Position numbers and translations under genes: made by a program. This document shows, piece after piece, positions 40,331 to 50,437 of a stretch of 64,000 nt of DNA. Location: the NCBI GenBank assembly GCA_965248575.1, contig CBDFJQ010000002.1, positions 5,223,174 to 5,287,173 on the forward strand, given 5' to 3'. The notes beneath the pieces are model-generated. The model saw nothing but the letters and a program-made list of their open reading frames with translations, ran no database searches and had not been told where the DNA came from. Positions within the stretch are counted from its first letter, which is position 1. Every line of letters begins with the position of its first letter. The stretch comes from Planctomycetota bacterium (GTDB lineage Bacteria; Planctomycetota; B15-G4).

Positions 40331-41413
40331 ATGAACAGCGAACTGCTCCGAATCATCGAAGCGATTCATCACGAGAAGGACATCGAGAGTGAGTTGATTT
40401 TCACCACCATTGAACAGGCCATGGTGGCAGCGATTCAGAAGAAGGTGGGCGAAGAAGTCACGATTCACTGCACCCTGGACCGCAAGACAGGTGAGCTGTC
40501 GGTCACAAGTGACCAGGATCACGGCGCGATCGACCTGGGTCGCATCGCCGCCCAGACCGCCAAGCAGGTCATCATCCAATCGCTTCGCGATGCCGAGAAC
40601 GCCGTGGTGTTCTCCGACTTCGAAGGCCGGGTGGGGGAGTTGATCCTGGGCCAGGTGCAGCGCGTCGAAGGCGGCGCCATCATCGTGAACATCGGCAAGG
40701 CCGAGGCGATCATTCCTCGAGCCGACCGCGTGCGGGGAGAGATGTACAGCCCCGGCGATCGCATTCGCGCCATCATCACCGAGGTGAAGCGCGCCGGGAC
40801 CCGGGTCAAGATCATCCTCTCCCGTGTGTCGCCTGAGCTGGTCCGCCGGCTCTTCGAGCTGGAAGTGCCCGAGGTCTCCGACAAGATCATCGAGATCCGT
40901 CGCATTGCCCGGGAGCCCGGCTACCGAACCAAGATTGCGGTGCACAGCACCGATCCGCGCGTGGATTGTGTGGGTGCCTGCGTGGGCATCCGCGGCACGC
41001 GTATCAAGGCCATCACCGACGAGCTCAACGGCGAAAAGATCGACATCATTCGCTGGAGCGACGTCGAGGACGACCTCATCATCAACGCCCTGCGGCCTGC
41101 TCAGATCGCTTCGCTCAACATGGAGAGCGAAACCAAGATCTGCCGTGTCGTGGTGCCCGATGACCAGCTCGCGCTGGCAATCGGGCGCAAGGGGCAAAAC
41201 GTTCGCCTCGCGACCCGTCTCACCGGTTGGGACATCAAGATCGAAGGCGTGACACAAATGCCCCACAGTGCCCGGGATGAAAACGGGCAGCCCCTCGGGT
41301 CTCCTCCAGACGAGACTGCAGCACCTGGTCTGGATGCATCCGCAACGACTGCTGCGCCCGAGGGCGCCGGCAGCTCGAGCGCGGCTGTTGACCCCGAGGC
41401 CCGGTCGGAGTGA
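40331..41413 (+). CDS. nusA: Transcription termination/antitermination factor NusA
   Basis: GRIAAQTAKQVI, LFELEVPE, AREPG.RTKIAV, VGACVG.RG.RI, EKIDII, LAIGRKGQNVRLA..LTGW.I.I. Confidence 0.98.
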   Translation: MNSELLRIIEAIHHEKDIESELIFTTIEQAMVAAIQKKVGEEVTIHCTLDRKTGELSVTSDQDHGAIDLGRIAAQTAKQVIIQSLRDAENAVVFSDFEGRVGELILGQVQRVEGGAIIVNIGKAEAIIPRADRVRGEMYSPGDRIRAIITEVKRAGTRVKIILSRVSPELVRRLFELEVPEVSDKIIEIRRIAREPGYRTKIAVHSTDPRVDCVGACVGIRGTRIKAITDELNGEKIDIIRWSDVEDDLIINALRPAQIASLNMESETKICRVVVPDDQLALAIGRKGQNVRLATRLTGWDIKIEGVTQMPHSARDENGQPLGSPPDETAAPGLDASATTAAPEGAGSSSAAVDPEARSE

Positions 41414-41419
41414 TGTCCC

Positions 41420-44400
41420 GTGAGATTGCACGAACTCTCCAAGGAACTCGACGCGGACAGCAAGCGCATGCTTGCGATCGCCAAGGAACTAGGCCTTGGC
41501 GTCAAGTCCCACTCGTCGAACCTCGCTAAGGGCACCGAAGGCATCCTTCGGGCTGCCTGGGGCGAAGAACTCGAAGAGCAGAAGGAGAAGGCTGCACGCA
41601 AGGCCAAGCGGGAGGCCGCCAAGGCTGCTGCAGAGGCTGGCGAGTCAGCTGCTCCGGAAGCCGAGGCCGCTCAATCCGAGGTCGAAGTCGAAGCGGTTGC
41701 GCCTGCCAGCGATGTCGATGCAGACATCGCGGTCACCGTGCGGATCCGCACTCCCGAAGCAGAAGCCGCGGCGGCGAGTCCGCCGGATGGCCCGAGCGAA
41801 GCCGAGCCGACGGCCGAGGCCGTCGAGACGACCGCAGAGGCAGCCGACCCGGCTTCCGACGCAGAAACTGCGAAGGTACCCACAGAGGGTGCTGGCGCAT
41901 CCGAGCCGGCTGAAGTGGTCGCTGCGACGTCTGACGTCGAGAGCCCTGTGCCTGACGTCGCTGCTGAAGAAGCCGAAGCGCTGACCGCTGACGCCCCCGC
42001 CGAAGAGGCTGCGGCCGCTCCTGTTGCGGAGGCCGCCGCGTCTCCGGCAGTGGGCGAAGAGGCCGCTGAATCCTCCGATGAGGACGAGGACGAGAAGCAG
42101 GTCGTCGTCACCTTTGGTGGGCAAGCGGCCCCCAGTGATGAAGAGGAAGCCGATGGCGAAGCGACTGGCGAGGCCGGCGAGGGCCGGGAGCCTGCAGCAG
42201 GCGTGGGCGAGGCTGGTCAGTCGGCGGCGTCCACTCAGGGTGCTGGCGCGGCGGGCCTGAGCCCCAAGAAAGTGCGCGCCATCGGTGTTCCGAACGTTCC
42301 GGACCGCGTGGAGCGGCGCGGCGCCAAGATCCTCGGAAAGATCGACCTCTCACCCGTGGACACCGAGCCGCGCAAGCGCAGCGCGAGCACGCCCGCCTAC
42401 GATCCGCTCGACCCCACGCGCGCCATGCCGGCCGCGAAGAAGGACTCGGGCCGGACCCAGCGCGGGACAGAGCCGGATCGTTCTGGACGCGGCGGACGTG
42501 GCGGCAAGCCCGGGGGCGGCGGCAGCGGCGATTTCGTCTTCGATCCTGAGGACAACACGGCGCTGTCAGCCATCCGTCTGGGGCACTTCGCAGGGCGTCG
42601 GCGTTCCGCGCCGCGCCGGCCACCGCCGCGTCGTTCGCGCTTTGGGCGCTCGCGTCGAGGCGCTCGAAATGTCCCCCGTCCCACGCACTCCATCGCCGTC
42701 CGGCCGCCGATCGGCGTGCGCGAGTTGTCGGAGGAGTTGGGCATCAAGGCGCGTGAGATCCTGTCCTACTTCCCAGACGTCTTCGATCCCCGGGACAAGA
42801 ACGTCTCGCTGACCGAGGACCAGCTCGTCGAGCTGGCCGTTTCGCTGGAACGTGAGATCAACATCCTGCCGCCCGACAGCGCTGAAGGTCGGATGATGGA
42901 TCGCGTCGCGGAGCGTGGTCGGCAACTCGGCAAGGGAGACGAGCCCCGTCCGCCAGTGGTTGCCGTCATGGGCCACGTCGACCATGGCAAGACGACCCTG
43001 CTCGACGCCTTGCGCAAGAGCCGGATCGCCGCCAAGGAAGCGGGCGGCATCACCCAGAAAACGTCGGCCTACTCCGTGCCCACCAAGGGTGGTAGCTCGG
43101 TCACCTTCCTCGACACGCCCGGCCACAAGGCGTTCACCGAGATGCGTGCCCGGGGCGCCCAGGTGACGGATGTCGCGCTGCTCATCGTGGCGGCGGACGA
43201 CGGTGTCATGGAGCAGACCCAGGAAGCCATCGATCACGCCGCAGCTGCGGATGTGCCCATGGTGGTTGCCATCAACAAGTGCGACCGTCCGAGCGCAGAT
43301 CCGATGCGCGTGCGGCAGCAGCTGGCAAGCGCTGGAGTGCTGGTTGAGGACTACGGCGGGGAAGTGGGTGTCGTGGAGGTCTCAGCCACCACGGGCGACG
43401 GGCTGGACGCCTTGCTCGAACGGCTTGCCCTTGAGACCGAGTTGCTCGAGTTGGGTGCCGATCCAAACGTGCCGGCACGTGGTTCCGTGATCGACTCGAC
43501 CAAGGACAGCAAGCTGGGCATCGTGGCCACGGTCGTTGTCCAAGCCGGAACGCTTCGGGCCAAGGACCCCATCATCGCAGGCACCGCCGTTGGGCGCGTG
43601 CGCTGGTTGCTGGACGATCGCGGCAAGCGCATCACCGAGGCCGGCCCTTCCACACCTGTTCAGGTGGTGGGCTTCGAGGAGCCGCCAACGGCCGGGTCGC
43701 GTTTCGTCGTTGCAGAAGACATCACCATGGTTCGTGACGTCGCCGCCGAGCGCATGGAGGATTCGCGCGAGGAACGGACGCCGGCTTCCGACGCCGTCAC
43801 GCTGGAGAACCTGTTCGACACCATCGAGTCGCAGAACGTGACCGAGATCAACGTGTTGTTGAAGGCTGACAACATGGGCTCGATCGACGTCGTGCGGCAG
43901 ACGGTGGAGGGCGTGAACCACCCCGAAGTGCGCTTCAAGGTCCTGCGGACCGCAGTGGGCGGTATCACCGAGGACGACGTCCTGCTCGCCAGCGCATCCG
44001 AAGCCTTCATCATCGGCTTCGGTGTCGTGCCGGACGCGCGCGCCCGCGCTGCCGTGCAACGCACGGGTGTGGACGTGAAGTTCTACGACGTGATCTACGA
44101 GATCACCGACGACTTGAAGGCTGCCATCGAAGGCGAACTCGGCTTCGAATCGCACGAGGAAGTCATCGGTCACGCCAACATCCGTGCCATCTTCAAGGCG
44201 AGCAAATACGGCAACATCGCTGGCTGCTACGTGACGGACGGCATCCTGACCCGCGATTGCCGGGTGCGCCTGGTGCGCGATGGCAAGGTCATTCACACCA
44301 CCAAGCTGGACAGCCTCAAGCGCTTCAAGGATGACGTGAAGGAAGTGCGTGAGAACTACGAGTGCGGCCTCCACTTGAATGGGTACAACGACATCAAGGA

Positions 44401-44473
44401 TGGCGATGTCCTTGAGGCCTTCACCGTTGTCGAGGTGAAGCGCACCCTCGAGTCGACGAAGTCTGAAAGCTAA
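41420..44473 (+). CDS. infB: Translation initiation factor IF-2
   Basis: N-terminal RLHELSKEL...[64 protein letters not shown]...YECG. GTG start. Confidence 0.98.
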   Translation: MRLHELSKELDADSKRMLAIAKELGLGVKSHSSNLAKGTEGILRAAWGEELEEQKEKAARKAKREAAKAAAEAGESAAPEAEAAQSEVEVEAVAPASDVDADIAVTVRIRTPEAEAAAASPPDGPSEAEPTAEAVETTAEAADPASDAETAKVPTEGAGASEPAEVVAATSDVESPVPDVAAEEAEALTADAPAEEAAAAPVAEAAASPAVGEEAAESSDEDEDEKQVVVTFGGQAAPSDEEEADGEATGEAGEGREPAAGVGEAGQSAASTQGAGAAGLSPKKVRAIGVPNVPDRVERRGAKILGKIDLSPVDTEPRKRSASTPAYDPLDPTRAMPAAKKDSGRTQRGTEPDRSGRGGRGGKPGGGGSGDFVFDPEDNTALSAIRLGHFAGRRRSAPRRPPPRRSRFGRSRRGARNVPRPTHSIAVRPPIGVRELSEELGIKAREILSYFPDVFDPRDKNVSLTEDQLVELAVSLEREINILPPDSAEGRMMDRVAERGRQLGKGDEPRPPVVAVMGHVDHGKTTLLDALRKSRIAAKEAGGITQKTSAYSVPTKGGSSVTFLDTPGHKAFTEMRARGAQVTDVALLIVAADDGVMEQTQEAIDHAAAADVPMVVAINKCDRPSADPMRVRQQLASAGVLVEDYGGEVGVVEVSATTGDGLDALLERLALETELLELGADPNVPARGSVIDSTKDSKLGIVATVVVQAGTLRAKDPIIAGTAVGRVRWLLDDRGKRITEAGPSTPVQVVGFEEPPTAGSRFVVAEDITMVRDVAAERMEDSREERTPASDAVTLENLFDTIESQNVTEINVLLKADNMGSIDVVRQTVEGVNHPEVRFKVLRTAVGGITEDDVLLASASEAFIIGFGVVPDARARAAVQRTGVDVKFYDVIYEITDDLKAAIEGELGFESHEEVIGHANIRAIFKASKYGNIAGCYVTDGILTRDCRVRLVRDGKVIHTTKLDSLKRFKDDVKEVRENYECGLHLNGYNDIKDGDVLEAFTVVEVKRTLESTKSES

Positions 44474-44486
44474 GTAGGCGGACACC

Positions 44487-45098
44487 ATGTCCTGGGACCG
44501 AAAGCAGCGCCAAGAGGCGATCCTCCGTGAGAAGATCGCCGTCATCATCATCGAGCGCCTGAGCGACCCGCGCTTGGGCTTCGTGACGATCACGAGTGTC
44601 GAGCTGAGCAAGGACAAGAAGATCGCGAAGGTCTTCTACACCGTCTTGGGGACCGACGCTCAGCTGAGGTCCACGGCGCGGGCGTTGAGTGATGGCCGAG
44701 GTCGCATCCAGGAGCAGCTGGCGCCGACCTTGCGCATGCGCTCGATGCCCGAGTTGCGATTCATCTTCAACGAGCAGGTGGCGAAGGAGAGCCGCTTGCT
44801 CGATCTGATCCAGGATGTGACGTCCGAGCGCGTCGATCGGGCTGGGGTCGAGGGCGAGCTTCCGGAGGGCTTCCAGTCCGACGGCGCTCCGGAGTTGTTG
44901 CCGGACGGTTCGTTGGAGTTCCCGGAGCTGGACGAAGACGGGAAGCCCGTGAGTGACGGCTGGGATTACGAGCCCAAGCCAGACGACGATGCCCTCGGAC
45001 CACCTGGCAACGGAGCTGTCGACGAACCGTCAGCCCACGACAAGGGCAGTGACGAAGGTGGCAGCGAGGGCGACGAGAGCCCAGACGCCGCTCGCTGA
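44487..45098 (+). CDS. rbfA: Ribosome-binding factor A with acidic C-terminal extension
   Basis: DPRLGFVTITSVELSKD...AKVFY, MR.MPELRF. Directly after infB. Confidence 0.93.
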   Translation: MSWDRKQRQEAILREKIAVIIIERLSDPRLGFVTITSVELSKDKKIAKVFYTVLGTDAQLRSTARALSDGRGRIQEQLAPTLRMRSMPELRFIFNEQVAKESRLLDLIQDVTSERVDRAGVEGELPEGFQSDGAPELLPDGSLEFPELDEDGKPVSDGWDYEPKPDDDALGPPGNGAVDEPSAHDKGSDEGGSEGDESPDAAR

Positions 45099-47494
45099 TG
45101 AGCGCGCCGTTTCTCGTGTCGCAAGCGAGAGGGACGGGCATCAGGTTGCTGGGCACTGGGGCTTCGCGAGGGCGCGTCGGCGGACGTCGCTGGGTGCGCC
45201 CGTGGATCATCCTGTCGCTGCTCCTCATGGCCTGCGTTGCCTGCACTGACGGGGAGCGTCACCCCACTCAAGATGCCTCCGCGTCTGAGTGGCGAGCGGG
45301 GCACAGCCTCCTGGATGAGTTGGATTTCGCACGTCTTGTGGAGTTCCCCGCCCACAATCTCCCGCGCGCGATCGCGGATGGGCTCGGCTCGGAAGTGCGC
45401 GTCGAGGTTCCGGTGCCTGCTCTGGCTTGGCAGCGTGCAGAGGCCATGCCAGGAGAGTGGGCTGACGCCCTCAAGGCGCAGGCGGCGGGAGACCTGTGGT
45501 GGGCTCGGGCTCCCCTGCCGTTGGTGGCCGGCGCACAAGAGCCGGTCGCTCGAGTGGGTGGGGCTGCTGCGCCTGCATGGCAGTTCGGTGATCCCACGCC
45601 CTTGCCGGAGGGCTTCGCTGGCTGGTACCGCGGTCAGCACATGATCCTCGCGATCTCCGAAGGGCCGCCGACGGGTGTGTCCTTGGTGGGCACCGTGAAC
45701 ACGCCCTTGGAGTTTGGCCGCATGGAGCGGGGGCGCGGAGTCCTGGGGGTGGATCCTTCGCCGCCGGCGCTGGAAACACGCGCCAGCTTGGGCGCGGTCC
45801 GTCGATCGGCCGTGTTGCTTCCTGCTCCCGGCGTCTTGGAGTTTCCTGCGGCGCGGCTGGTCGCCCAGGAGCTGCACCTTTCCGTCGGTGTGGCGGCCGA
45901 TGCCTGGGTGATGCAGGACGGTGTTGTCCAGCGCAGGCGTCACTTGGGGGACGGCGTGCGTTTCGCGCTGGAAGTCGTGCCGGATGCTGCGGGTGGACCG
46001 GGCGCGCAGCCGCGGGAGAGGCTCGCGCCGGTGCGCGTGTGGAGCCGTGAGGTGCTGCCGGGACAAGTCGGTGAGACGTGGCTCGATGCAGAGGTCGATC
46101 TCAGTCCCTGGCAGGGGGAGCGAGTGAGTCTGCGCTTGCTGACGGAGGCCGGTCCCGGCGGAGACGCCTTGCATGACTATGGGATGTGGGCCGGCTTGCG
46201 CTTTGCTGGAGGCGCTGCCTCAAAACCCGAGCGACCGCACGTGGTCCTGATTGACATCGACACTCTGCGCGCGGATCGGCTGGCCGCCTACGGTGCGCAA
46301 CGTGAGGTGGCGCCGGGCCTCGACACCTGGGCAGCCGAAAACGCGGTGGTCTACACGGATTCGGTTTCGACCGCGCCCTGGACGCTGCCGTCTACGGTGT
46401 CGCTGCTCACGGGACTCGCGGTCCATCAGCACGGCGTGGATGAGGCTTCGGACGCCCTGGGTGCCGGTGCCGATACCTTGGCGACGCTGCTCGCGGAGGT
46501 GGGGTATGAAACCCATGCCTTGGCAGCTGGGGGGTATCTGCGCCCGGAGTACGGGTGCGATGCGGGCTTCGATCGCTACGAGACGCGCGACGCCAAGGAC
46601 CTGGATTGGTCTGCGGCTCTGGACTTCGTGGCTGAGCGGGACAGCGAGCGCCCCTTCTTTCTCTTCCTGCACAGCTATGCGGTGCATGCACCGTACGAAC
46701 GCAGCACGCAATGGGTGGACCCTGCCTACGACGGGGTCCTGCGCGCCATTGATGTCGACACGAGCACCGTCTTCGAGCCGCTGATGAGAGGTGAACTCTC
46801 CCTGGACGATGCCGACGGTGCCTACATCGAGGCGCTCTACGACGGACTCGTGAGCGAGATGGACCGACATGTGGCGGAGTTCTTGCAGCAGCTCAACAAC
46901 CTGGTGCCGCAAGAGCAGTTGCTGGTCGTGTTGACCTCCGACCATGGCGAGGCTTTTCTGGATCATGGCCACTTGGGGCACGGCGTCTCGCTCCATGGCG
47001 AGCAGCTGCGGGTGCCGCTCGTGGTGCAGTATCCGTCGCGCGAGACTGGGCTCAGCGAGGTGCCGGCGACCGGGGTGGATCTTGTCCCGACCGTCTTGAC
47101 GGCCGTCGGCGTGGAGGTGCCCGAGGGCCTTGCGGGACGCCCTCTTCAGTCGGCATCAGGCGGTGCGGTTCGTGTGGCCCAGTCCGGCTCGAGCGAATGG
47201 GCCACCCTGAGCGATGGCTTCAAGCTGATCCAGCGCACGACCAGAGCCGTGGTCGCTGATGCCAAACCCGGAGAACCGGGCGTCAAGGTGGAGCTGTATG
47301 AACTCGCGACTGATGCGCGGGAACTCAGCGACCTCGGTGAACGACTGCCGCAGCAGGTGGAGGCCCTTCGGCGCCGGTTCGAGTGGTTTCTCGGGAGCTT
47401 CCCCACGCCCGCAGGCGGGCATGCCGTGGACAGCATGGCCGGTGGGGCTGTCCTGGAGGAGTTGCGCGCGTTGGGCTACCTCGGGGACGGGTAG
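45098..47494 (+). CDS. Exported sulfatase-like hydrolase (alkaline phosphatase superfamily) with N-terminal beta-rich extension
   Basis: PHVVLIDIDTLRADRL, APWTLPS..SLLTG, PFFLFLH.Y..HAPY, YDG, TSDHGE, HG..L..EQLRVPL, ELYEL..D..E, LRALGYL. Lipobox-like LLMAC. Confidence 0.85.
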   Translation: MSAPFLVSQARGTGIRLLGTGASRGRVGGRRWVRPWIILSLLLMACVACTDGERHPTQDASASEWRAGHSLLDELDFARLVEFPAHNLPRAIADGLGSEVRVEVPVPALAWQRAEAMPGEWADALKAQAAGDLWWARAPLPLVAGAQEPVARVGGAAAPAWQFGDPTPLPEGFAGWYRGQHMILAISEGPPTGVSLVGTVNTPLEFGRMERGRGVLGVDPSPPALETRASLGAVRRSAVLLPAPGVLEFPAARLVAQELHLSVGVAADAWVMQDGVVQRRRHLGDGVRFALEVVPDAAGGPGAQPRERLAPVRVWSREVLPGQVGETWLDAEVDLSPWQGERVSLRLLTEAGPGGDALHDYGMWAGLRFAGGAASKPERPHVVLIDIDTLRADRLAAYGAQREVAPGLDTWAAENAVVYTDSVSTAPWTLPSTVSLLTGLAVHQHGVDEASDALGAGADTLATLLAEVGYETHALAAGGYLRPEYGCDAGFDRYETRDAKDLDWSAALDFVAERDSERPFFLFLHSYAVHAPYERSTQWVDPAYDGVLRAIDVDTSTVFEPLMRGELSLDDADGAYIEALYDGLVSEMDRHVAEFLQQLNNLVPQEQLLVVLTSDHGEAFLDHGHLGHGVSLHGEQLRVPLVVQYPSRETGLSEVPATGVDLVPTVLTAVGVEVPEGLAGRPLQSASGGAVRVAQSGSSEWATLSDGFKLIQRTTRAVVADAKPGEPGVKVELYELATDARELSDLGERLPQQVEALRRRFEWFLGSFPTPAGGHAVDSMAGGAVLEELRALGYLGDG

Positions 47495-47519
47495 CGGATC
47501 GCTCAGCCTGGCCCCAACC

Positions 47520-48974
47520 TCAACTCGGGTCGGCTTGGATTCGGCGCCAGCGCACCTTGCCCTGCTTGCCGTCCAGGAGTTCGATGCCGAGTTCGGCCAG
47601 TTCATCCCGCACGGCATCGGCGGTGGCCCAGTCCTTGGCCTCTCGGGCTTCGGAGCGACGCCGGATAAGGTCTTCGACGCGGGCATCGGCGTCTGCGTCG
47701 GTACTGCTGTCCGCGTTGGCCGGTGCGAGCACCCCGAGCACCCTGTCGAAGCGGCGCAGCGCCGCCAGGGCCTGAGCAGCCTCCGCCGCTGAGAGGGTTC
47801 TGCGGTGGGCTTCGTTCAGCAAGGTGAACACGCCGTCCAGGGCGCCCGATGTGTTCAGGTCGTCGTCCATGGAACTGTCGAAGCGCTGCACCGCGTCCTT
47901 CAGCCAGTCGGGGGTGGGTCCGAGGCTGTCGGCTTGCTCCGCGCCCTGGCTCGCCTCGAGCATCTCTTCTTCGAAGAGTCGAAGGCGGCGGACCGCCGTG
48001 GCTGCTTCCTTCAATCCACCCAGGGTGAAGTTGAGCACCGTGCGGTACTGACTGCGCAACAGGGCGAAGCGCACAGCCGTGGCTGAGTGGCCCATCTCTT
48101 CCAGCTGGGAGATGGTGTAGAGGTTGCCCAGGGACTTGCTCATCTTCCCGCCGTCGAGCATGAGGTGGCGGGCGTGCATCCAATGGCGAACGAAGGGCTT
48201 GCCGGTGGCGCCCTCCGCCTGGGCGATCTCACATTCGTGGTGCGGGAAGATGTTGTCTTCGCCACCCGTGTGGATGTCGATGGTCTCGCCCAGGAGCGAC
48301 TGGCCCATGGCGGAGCACTCGATATGCCAGCCGGGGAAGCCTCGACCGAAGGGTGACTCCCACTGCATGAGGTGGTGGGGGTCCCTCTTCCACAGGGCGA
48401 AGTCCCGAGGGTCGCGCTTCTCGGCTGCCACAGCAACGCGGGCGCCAGCGATCAGGTCGTCGCCCGTGTTGCCGGAGAGCTGGCCGTAGGCGGGGAAGCT
48501 CGAAACCGAGAAATACACGGCGCCGTTCGCTTCGTAGGCGTGGTCGGAGGCGATGAGCGCCTGGATCTGGGCGATCATCTGGGGGATGTGGTCTGTGGCT
48601 CGCGGATACTGGTGCGCCCTTTGCATGCCGAGGCGCTCAAGGTCCTCCATGAAGAGCGCCGTGTACTTCTCGGCGATCTTCCAAGGATCGAGCTGCTCCT
48701 TGCGGGAGGCTTCCTCCATCTTGTCGGCACCTGCTTCCGGGTCGTCGTCACGGAGGTGTCCGACATCGGTGATGTTCATCACCTGCGTCACCTCGTAGCC
48801 GGAGACTTCGAGCCAACGGCGCAGCACATCCGCAAACAGGAAGGATCGGAAGTTGCCGATGTGCGCGGGGCTGTAGACCGTGGGCCCGCAGTTGTACATG
48901 GCCACCTGGCCCGGCTTGAGGGGCTCGAAGGTCACCTTCTGGCGTTTGAGTGTGTCGTGGAGTTGGAAGCTCAT
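47520..48974 (-). CDS. cysS: Cysteine--tRNA ligase
   Basis: MYNCGPTVY..AHIGN, NITDV, DFALWK, G.PGWHIECSAM, DIHTGG.D..FPHHECE, KMSKS. ATG at 48974. Confidence 0.98.
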   Translation of the reverse strand: MSFQLHDTLKRQKVTFEPLKPGQVAMYNCGPTVYSPAHIGNFRSFLFADVLRRWLEVSGYEVTQVMNITDVGHLRDDDPEAGADKMEEASRKEQLDPWKIAEKYTALFMEDLERLGMQRAHQYPRATDHIPQMIAQIQALIASDHAYEANGAVYFSVSSFPAYGQLSGNTGDDLIAGARVAVAAEKRDPRDFALWKRDPHHLMQWESPFGRGFPGWHIECSAMGQSLLGETIDIHTGGEDNIFPHHECEIAQAEGATGKPFVRHWMHARHLMLDGGKMSKSLGNLYTISQLEEMGHSATAVRFALLRSQYRTVLNFTLGGLKEAATAVRRLRLFEEEMLEASQGAEQADSLGPTPDWLKDAVQRFDSSMDDDLNTSGALDGVFTLLNEAHRRTLSAAEAAQALAALRRFDRVLGVLAPANADSSTDADADARVEDLIRRRSEAREAKDWATADAVRDELAELGIELLDGKQGKVRWRRIQADPS

Positions 48975-49199
48975 AGTGGGCGGGATGATCTCGAATTCCC
49001 GAGCCCAGAGCCATACACGGCTTCGCGGTGGAACGAATCGGAGCCTCCGGTGGAAGCTCGCGCTTCGTTCCCCAAGAAGGCGGGGCGTTCGGCCACGAGG
49101 CGGCCATTTGTACCGGGCATCCCCCCCGTTAGACTGCCCAGCCAAGAATGCCCTTCGCGCGCGGCGCAGGGCCAGTGACCCACGGAGAGCAGCCCCTCG

Positions 49200-49475
49200 A
49201 TGCCTGCGGACCCCGGAATGGCCTGGAGGGCGGTCTCGATTGTTGGCTTCTTGCTGCTGGTGGGTGCCTACCTGTGCAATCAGACCGGGCGCTGCCAAGC
49301 GGACTCGCGTCTCTATCTTGGGGCGAACACCCTGGGTGCAGGGATGCTTGGGGCCTATTCGGCCAGGATCGACGAACCGGTCTTCGTCGGCCTCGAAGCT
49401 TTTTGGTGCCTGGCGAGCCTGCTGGCCTTGAAACGAGTATGGAGCAGGGCAGATGGGGGAGGGACTTCAGCATGA
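49200..49475 (+). CDS. Small 3-TM membrane protein (CBU_0592-like)
   Basis: G..LLVGAY...Q.G......Y...N..GA..L......F..LE.FW...S pattern. Its stop overlaps the ABC ATPase start (ATGA). Confidence 0.65.
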   Translation: MPADPGMAWRAVSIVGFLLLVGAYLCNQTGRCQADSRLYLGANTLGAGMLGAYSARIDEPVFVGLEAFWCLASLLALKRVWSRADGGGTSA

Positions 49476-50437
49476 CTGAGCGATCGGGTTCGCCTGAATC
49501 CACGGGCGAGCAGGGGGCAGGGCCACCGGTTCTGGAGCTGGACGGAGTCGAGGTGCGCTACGGCAAGCACAAGGCACTCAGCGGCGTCACCGCGACGATC
49601 CAGGGCGGTGCCGTCGGCTTGTTGGGGCCCAATGGCTCTGGCAAGTCTTCGCTGATCAAGGTCCTGCTGGGCCTGGTGCCACTGAACAAGGGCAAGGCAA
49701 TGGTGCTCGGAAGGCCGGCCGGGCGGGGCGTCTCTCCCAACCGACGACGCGTTGGTTATATGCCTGAGCGTGACGCGGCCTTCCCGGATATGACCGGTTT
49801 CCAAGCCACCTGGTACGCGGGCCGCCTGACCGGGATGCCGGATGCCGACGCACGCCGCAGGGCCCATGAGGTGCTCCTGTTTGCTGGCATGGAGGAGGCA
49901 CGCTACCGGCTCGTGTCCACCTACAGCACGGGCATGCGGCAGCGCATCAAGCTGGCGCAAGCGCTCGTTCACGACCCCGACCTGCTGTTTCTGGACGAAC
50001 CCACAAACGGGCTCGACCCCCAGGGCCGCACCGAGATGTTGAACCTCGTGCGCACCTTGGCGACCCGCAAGGGGATCCATGTGATCCTTTCGAGCCACCT
50101 GCTGCGCGACGTGGAGGAGGTTTGCACCTCGGTCGTGGTCCTGCGGCAAGGGCAGCTGGTGAAGCACGCCTCCGTGGCTGAACTCCAGGCAGCCACCGCC
50201 GATGCCTACCAGGTCACGGTGGGTGGCTCAGCGGAGAACTTCAGTTCGGCCTGTGAGCAGCGCGGCTTGTCCGTGCTACAGACGAAAGACCAGCTGGTGC
50301 AGCTGAGCCTCGGCGAAGGGGCGGACACGCGTGTGGTCTTCGAGGCAGCTCAGCAGGCGGACGTGATCGTGCGCCGCTTGGCGCCTGTTCGCATCAGCCT
50401 GGAGGATGCACTCATCGACGTCTTGGGTGGCCGCTGA
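49472..50437 (+). CDS. ABC transporter ATP-binding protein (ABC-2 type)
   Basis: GPNGSGKS, YSTGMRQR, LLFLDEPTNGLDP, SSHLL. Confidence 0.95.
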   Translation: MTERSGSPESTGEQGAGPPVLELDGVEVRYGKHKALSGVTATIQGGAVGLLGPNGSGKSSLIKVLLGLVPLNKGKAMVLGRPAGRGVSPNRRRVGYMPERDAAFPDMTGFQATWYAGRLTGMPDADARRRAHEVLLFAGMEEARYRLVSTYSTGMRQRIKLAQALVHDPDLLFLDEPTNGLDPQGRTEMLNLVRTLATRKGIHVILSSHLLRDVEEVCTSVVVLRQGQLVKHASVAELQAATADAYQVTVGGSAENFSSACEQRGLSVLQTKDQLVQLSLGEGADTRVVFEAAQQADVIVRRLAPVRISLEDALIDVLGGR

